This document shows positions 60,558 through 64,000 of a stretch of 64,000 bases of DNA, piece by piece. Position 1 is the stretch's first letter. The number at the start of each line of letters is the position of its first letter. A program made the position numbers and the translations under genes. The stretch is from Alphaproteobacteria bacterium (GTDB lineage: Bacteria > Pseudomonadota > Alphaproteobacteria > SP197): positions 1,280,001 through 1,344,000 of the forward strand of contig OZ219747.1 of NCBI GenBank assembly GCA_964291265.2, given 5' to 3'. The notes under the pieces were generated by a model. That model saw only the letters and a program-made list of their open reading frames with translations, was not told the DNA's origin and searched no databases.

Positions 60558-60575
60558 AACAATCCACAGGGCTGA
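60000..60575 (+). pseudogene. ltrA: Group II intron reverse transcriptase/maturase, truncated after RT3
   Basis: AW..VK.NRGAGGVDG, IPK, RPLGIPT..DR, FGYR.GRS, DAD..DFF..VDH; lacks RT4-7 and YADD. Confidence 0.9.
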
Positions 60576-60976
60576 AAAAAGAATGGTCCTGCAAGTCCGA
60601 GACATCTGCGCTCATGGTGCCTGTTCGGCCACAGTGGGTGGTGTTCCAGGTCCGGGCGGCCCTGTGTTCCGGCGTGTTGGGTTGTCCGTCTGCCGGGGTC
60701 CGGCGTGCCTGCCACCGATCGGCGTCATCGTCACGCTGTCGATGAAGGGCGCATGCCCGTCAGCGACATGATCGCGCAAGCCATCCTCCATGCCCCGAAG
60801 GGGCCCGGGCATCATACTGTCTTGGTATGGCGCCGCCGATCAACTGCACAAACCGGCGTGCGGTCCAGGCCTGTTCCGGGTAGGGAAGCATCGGGTTCAA
60901 GCCGTCAACATCAGATGATTGACGCGCAGAACATGTCGTGTATCGACGACATCGACCTTATGTCGGGTCGGCCGCG

Positions 60977-61594
60977 TCAGTCCGAGACGAGTTCGCTGTC
61001 CCAGTAGAGGTAGTCGCGCCAGTGTTCGTGGAGGAAGTTGGGCGGGAAGGACTGTCCGTTGCGGCGAAGCTGGAAGGTCGTCGGAGGAGCCGGCCTGGCG
61101 AGAGGGAACATCCGCGCCTCGCCAGGCATCCGGTTGCCCTTCGTCATGTTGCAGGACCGGCAGGCCGTGACGACATTGCTCCAGGTAGCCCGACCTCCGC
61201 GCGAGCGGGGGATCACATGGTCGAATGTGAGGTCCCGGGTCTCGAAGCGCAACCCGCAGTACTGGCAGGAGAACCGGTCGCGCAGGAACACGTTGAACCG
61301 GGTGAATGCCGGACGCTTGTTGATCGGAATGTAGTGTCGCAGGGCAATGACGCTGGGAAGCCGCATTTCGAACGACGGCGAGCGGATCGTGAGGTCATAG
61401 GCACTCACGGCCTCCACGCGATCGAGAAACACCGCCTTGACCGCTTCCTGCCACGGCCAGACCGAAAGCGGGAAGTAGCTCAGCGGCTTGTAGTCCGCAT
61501 TGAGGACCAGAGCCGGACATGTCTGGAGCGATACCACTGGCTGTGTTTCCGAGGGTGAGAAATCCAAAACATCGGCGTCATTCGGCGGCATCAT
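60977..61594 (-). CDS. HNH endonuclease family protein
   Basis: LVLNADY.PL, FTRFNVFLRD..CQYC, TFDHVIPRS.GG..W.N...AC..CN motifs; start uncertain. Confidence 0.92.
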   Translation of the reverse strand: MMPPNDADVLDFSPSETQPVVSLQTCPALVLNADYKPLSYFPLSVWPWQEAVKAVFLDRVEAVSAYDLTIRSPSFEMRLPSVIALRHYIPINKRPAFTRFNVFLRDRFSCQYCGLRFETRDLTFDHVIPRSRGGRATWSNVVTACRSCNMTKGNRMPGEARMFPLARPAPPTTFQLRRNGQSFPPNFLHEHWRDYLYWDSELVSD

Positions 61595-61754
61595 AGCGGC
61601 CAACGGCCAGATGTTAAGTCTCGGGATCGTGTTCCCTTGCGGCCGTGCGACAGTGGAGTTGTCCCGCCACGGGCCATGGACTCGTTCCGTCCATCCATCA
61701 TATCAGTTTCGTGACCCCAATTGCGGGTCATGCAACGACAAGGGGGGGTGGCTG

Positions 61755-62987
61755 ATGGCCCTGGCACTCGACGGCATCGTGGTTCTCGATCTTTCGCGCA
61801 TTCTCGCCGGTCCCTGGTGCACCCAGATCCTCGCCGATCTGGGGGCGACGGTGATCAAGGTCGAAAGGCCGGGAACCGGAGATGACACACGGACATGGGG
61901 ACCCCCCTACCTGAAGGACGGCGACGGCAAGGACACCTCGGAGGCGGCTTATTATCTCGCGGCCAACCGTGGCAAGCAGTCGCTGACGCTCAACATCGCG
62001 ACCCCCCGGGGAGGGGCGATCGCCCGCGAACTCGCCGCCAGGGCGGATGTCCTGGTCGAGAACTACAAGGTCGGCGGCCTCGAAAAATACGGTCTCGACT
62101 ACGCCGGTCTTCGCTCCCTCAACTCCGGACTCATCTACTGTTCGATCACCGGCTTCGGACAGACCGGTCCCTATGCGGCACGGGCCGGCTACGATTTCGT
62201 CATCCAGGGCCTGTGCGGATTCATGTCGGTCACCGGGGAACGCGACGACCTGCCGGGCGGAGGACCGCAAAAGGCCGGTATCGCCGTTGCCGACCTGACC
62301 ACCGGCCTGTACAGCGCCATCGCCATTCTTGCCGCCCTCAATCACCGCCATGCGACCGGTGAGGGGCAGTACATCGACATGGCGCTGTCCGATTGCGCCG
62401 TGGCGCTCATGGCCAACATGAACATGAACTATCTCACCACAGGCGTCGCGCCGAAGCGCTACGGCAATGCCCATCCGAACCTGTTACCCTACCAGGTGTT
62501 CGACACGGCTGACGATCCCATCATCATCGCCATCGGCAACGATACGCAGTTCCGCCGCTGGTGCGATCTCGCCGAGGCGCCGGAACTGGCCGATGACGAA
62601 CGCTTTGCCACCAATCCGGCTCGCGTCCGTCATCGCGAACTCCTGGTGGCAAAGGTCGTCGAACGGATGAAGCGCCGTCCCCGTTCCTGGTGGGTCGAGC
62701 ACCTGGAGAGAGAGGGCATTCCCTGTGGCGTGGTGAACAACTTCCGGCAGGTCTACGAGGATCCGCACATCCAGGCGCGCGGCATGAAGTTCGAGATGGA
62801 CCATCCGCTCGCCGACACGATTCCCCTGGTCCGCAGTCCGGTCAACCTCGAAGACTCTCCTCCCGCCTATCAGCGTCCGCCGCCGCTTCTGGGTGAACAC
62901 ACCCGGGCGATTCTCGCCCATATGCTCGACAAGTCCGACGAGGAAATCGCTGAACTGGAGGCCGACGGGGTCGTCAGCTGCTCCTGA
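61755..62987 (+). CDS. CaiB/BaiF family III CoA-transferase
   Basis: DLSRILAGPW, DLGA.VIKVE, NRGK, SITGFGQTGP, GYD, PPLLGEHT motifs. Confidence 0.95.
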   Translation: MALALDGIVVLDLSRILAGPWCTQILADLGATVIKVERPGTGDDTRTWGPPYLKDGDGKDTSEAAYYLAANRGKQSLTLNIATPRGGAIARELAARADVLVENYKVGGLEKYGLDYAGLRSLNSGLIYCSITGFGQTGPYAARAGYDFVIQGLCGFMSVTGERDDLPGGGPQKAGIAVADLTTGLYSAIAILAALNHRHATGEGQYIDMALSDCAVALMANMNMNYLTTGVAPKRYGNAHPNLLPYQVFDTADDPIIIAIGNDTQFRRWCDLAEAPELADDERFATNPARVRHRELLVAKVVERMKRRPRSWWVEHLEREGIPCGVVNNFRQVYEDPHIQARGMKFEMDHPLADTIPLVRSPVNLEDSPPAYQRPPPLLGEHTRAILAHMLDKSDEEIAELEADGVVSCS

Positions 62988-63624
62988 AGGCGTTCTTCAG
63001 GAAGAGGGCCGCAAAGCCCAGGGATTCGGGATCGATACCGTGTCCCATACCCCGGCAGACATGCCACTGGACGGGTACGTCGTGCTGGCCGAGTGCGTCG
63101 ACCGCGCTGTGCAGCATGGCGAAGGGAACCACTTGGTCGGCATCGCCGTGACACAGGAAGACCGGCGGCCGGCAGGCGATCTCCCGGCCAAGACTCTCTT
63201 CCTCGATCAGCATACCGGAAAACCCCGCCACGGCAGCGACCGGTCGCCGTCGACGCAGCGCCACATGGAGCGCCATCATGCAACCCTGGCTGAATCCCAG
63301 GAGGGCAAGGGCACGGTCATCCAGGCCGAGGCGTTCAAGCTCCGAATCGACCCAGGCATTGATCATGTCGCTGGCCCGGTCGATGCCCTGTCGCACGCGT
63401 TCGGGGCACCGCTCCATCAGGGAATACCACTGGCGTCCGGCAGGATCCTGATCACACGGGTCGGGAGCATCGGGGCTGCTGATCCGCGCCTGGGGGAGGG
63501 CTGACTGCAGGGGGCCGGCAAGACCGATCAGGTCGTTGCCGTTGGCCCCCCAGCCATGCAGCAACACGACAAGCTGGCATGCATTTCCCTTTCGGGGCGG
63601 CACGGCTGGTCCTGACAAGGGCAT
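62974..63624 (-). CDS. Phospholipase/carboxylesterase (alpha/beta hydrolase)
   Basis: LHGWGA, GFSQG, HGDAD.VVP, GHGI motifs. Confidence 0.92.
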   Translation of the reverse strand: MPLSGPAVPPRKGNACQLVVLLHGWGANGNDLIGLAGPLQSALPQARISSPDAPDPCDQDPAGRQWYSLMERCPERVRQGIDRASDMINAWVDSELERLGLDDRALALLGFSQGCMMALHVALRRRRPVAAVAGFSGMLIEEESLGREIACRPPVFLCHGDADQVVPFAMLHSAVDALGQHDVPVQWHVCRGMGHGIDPESLGFAALFLKNAFRSS

Positions 63625-63743
63625 GGCGGTCTACTCCCCGGACGATGAGACCATCTCGCGCAGGATCTGTCCTGTCCCTCGTCGTTGTCCAGACCTTCCA
63701 TGCCGGCGCGGAGACTGTATCGTCGATGAGAGGGGTTCCGCCC

Positions 63744-64000
63744 ATGTCCGTCATCGTCACGCGTTTCGCGCCATCTCCAACCGGGTTGCTGCACATCGGC
63801 CACGTTTTCTCGGCTCTCGAGGGCCGGCGTCTGGCCCGCGACAACCGGGGAAGGTTTCTCCTGCGCATCGAGGATATCGACCGGGCACGTTGCCGCGACA
63901 CCTTCGAGCAGGCCATCCTGGAGGATCTCGCCTGGCTCGGCATCGACTGGGACGGCGAGGTCCGGCGCCAGTCGGACCATCTCGCCGTCTACGCCTCGGT
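63744..64000 (+). CDS. gluQ: tRNA glutamyl-Q(34) synthetase GluQRS (partial, runs off the window)
   Basis: TRFAPSPTGLLHIGH, LLRIEDID, EDLAWLG..WDG.VRRQS motifs. Confidence 0.85.
   Translation, partial: MSVIVTRFAPSPTGLLHIGHVFSALEGRRLARDNRGRFLLRIEDIDRARCRDTFEQAILEDLAWLGIDWDGEVRRQSDHLAVYAS

Noticed and set aside
60000-61594. RT plus HNH as a retron or defence system
   Set aside because: The RT is a truncated intron maturase without YADD. The HNH gene is convergent and of a housekeeping-like family near the carboxylesterase and gluQ genes.

Overview
GC-rich bacterial chromosome segment. The gene content (UbiH-like and Coq7 hydroxylases, gluQRS-carboxylesterase-HNH neighbourhood, TIGR01459-type HAD) suggests an alphaproteobacterium. 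It carries many catabolic genes: two polar amino-acid ABC systems, a hydroxyproline/oxoproline catabolic locus, pepN, a BVMO and 2OG-Fe(II) dioxygenases, plus tRNA-Leu(CAA). The standout is an intact 5,328-bp IS21-family element (25970-31297) with about 50-bp imperfect terminal inverted repeats and a perfect 7-bp target duplication (GACTTGA). Inside its own ends it carries a Cys-rich ORF, istA, istB, an overlapping Toprim primase-like gene and a small conserved-looking ORF. It also shows a mirror-symmetric G/T versus C/A strand skew, which suggests a transposon that replicates itself. Other notable items: a G19 tract between the -35 and -10 boxes of an RTX-protein promoter (likely phase variation), an intact IS1380 inside a TrwC helicase remnant, a 386-bp IS1634-derived MITE, nested group II intron wreckage inside a DUF4338 ORF, and a BVMO reading through an antisense tRNA. 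All calls come from motif recognition by eye; no database search was run.
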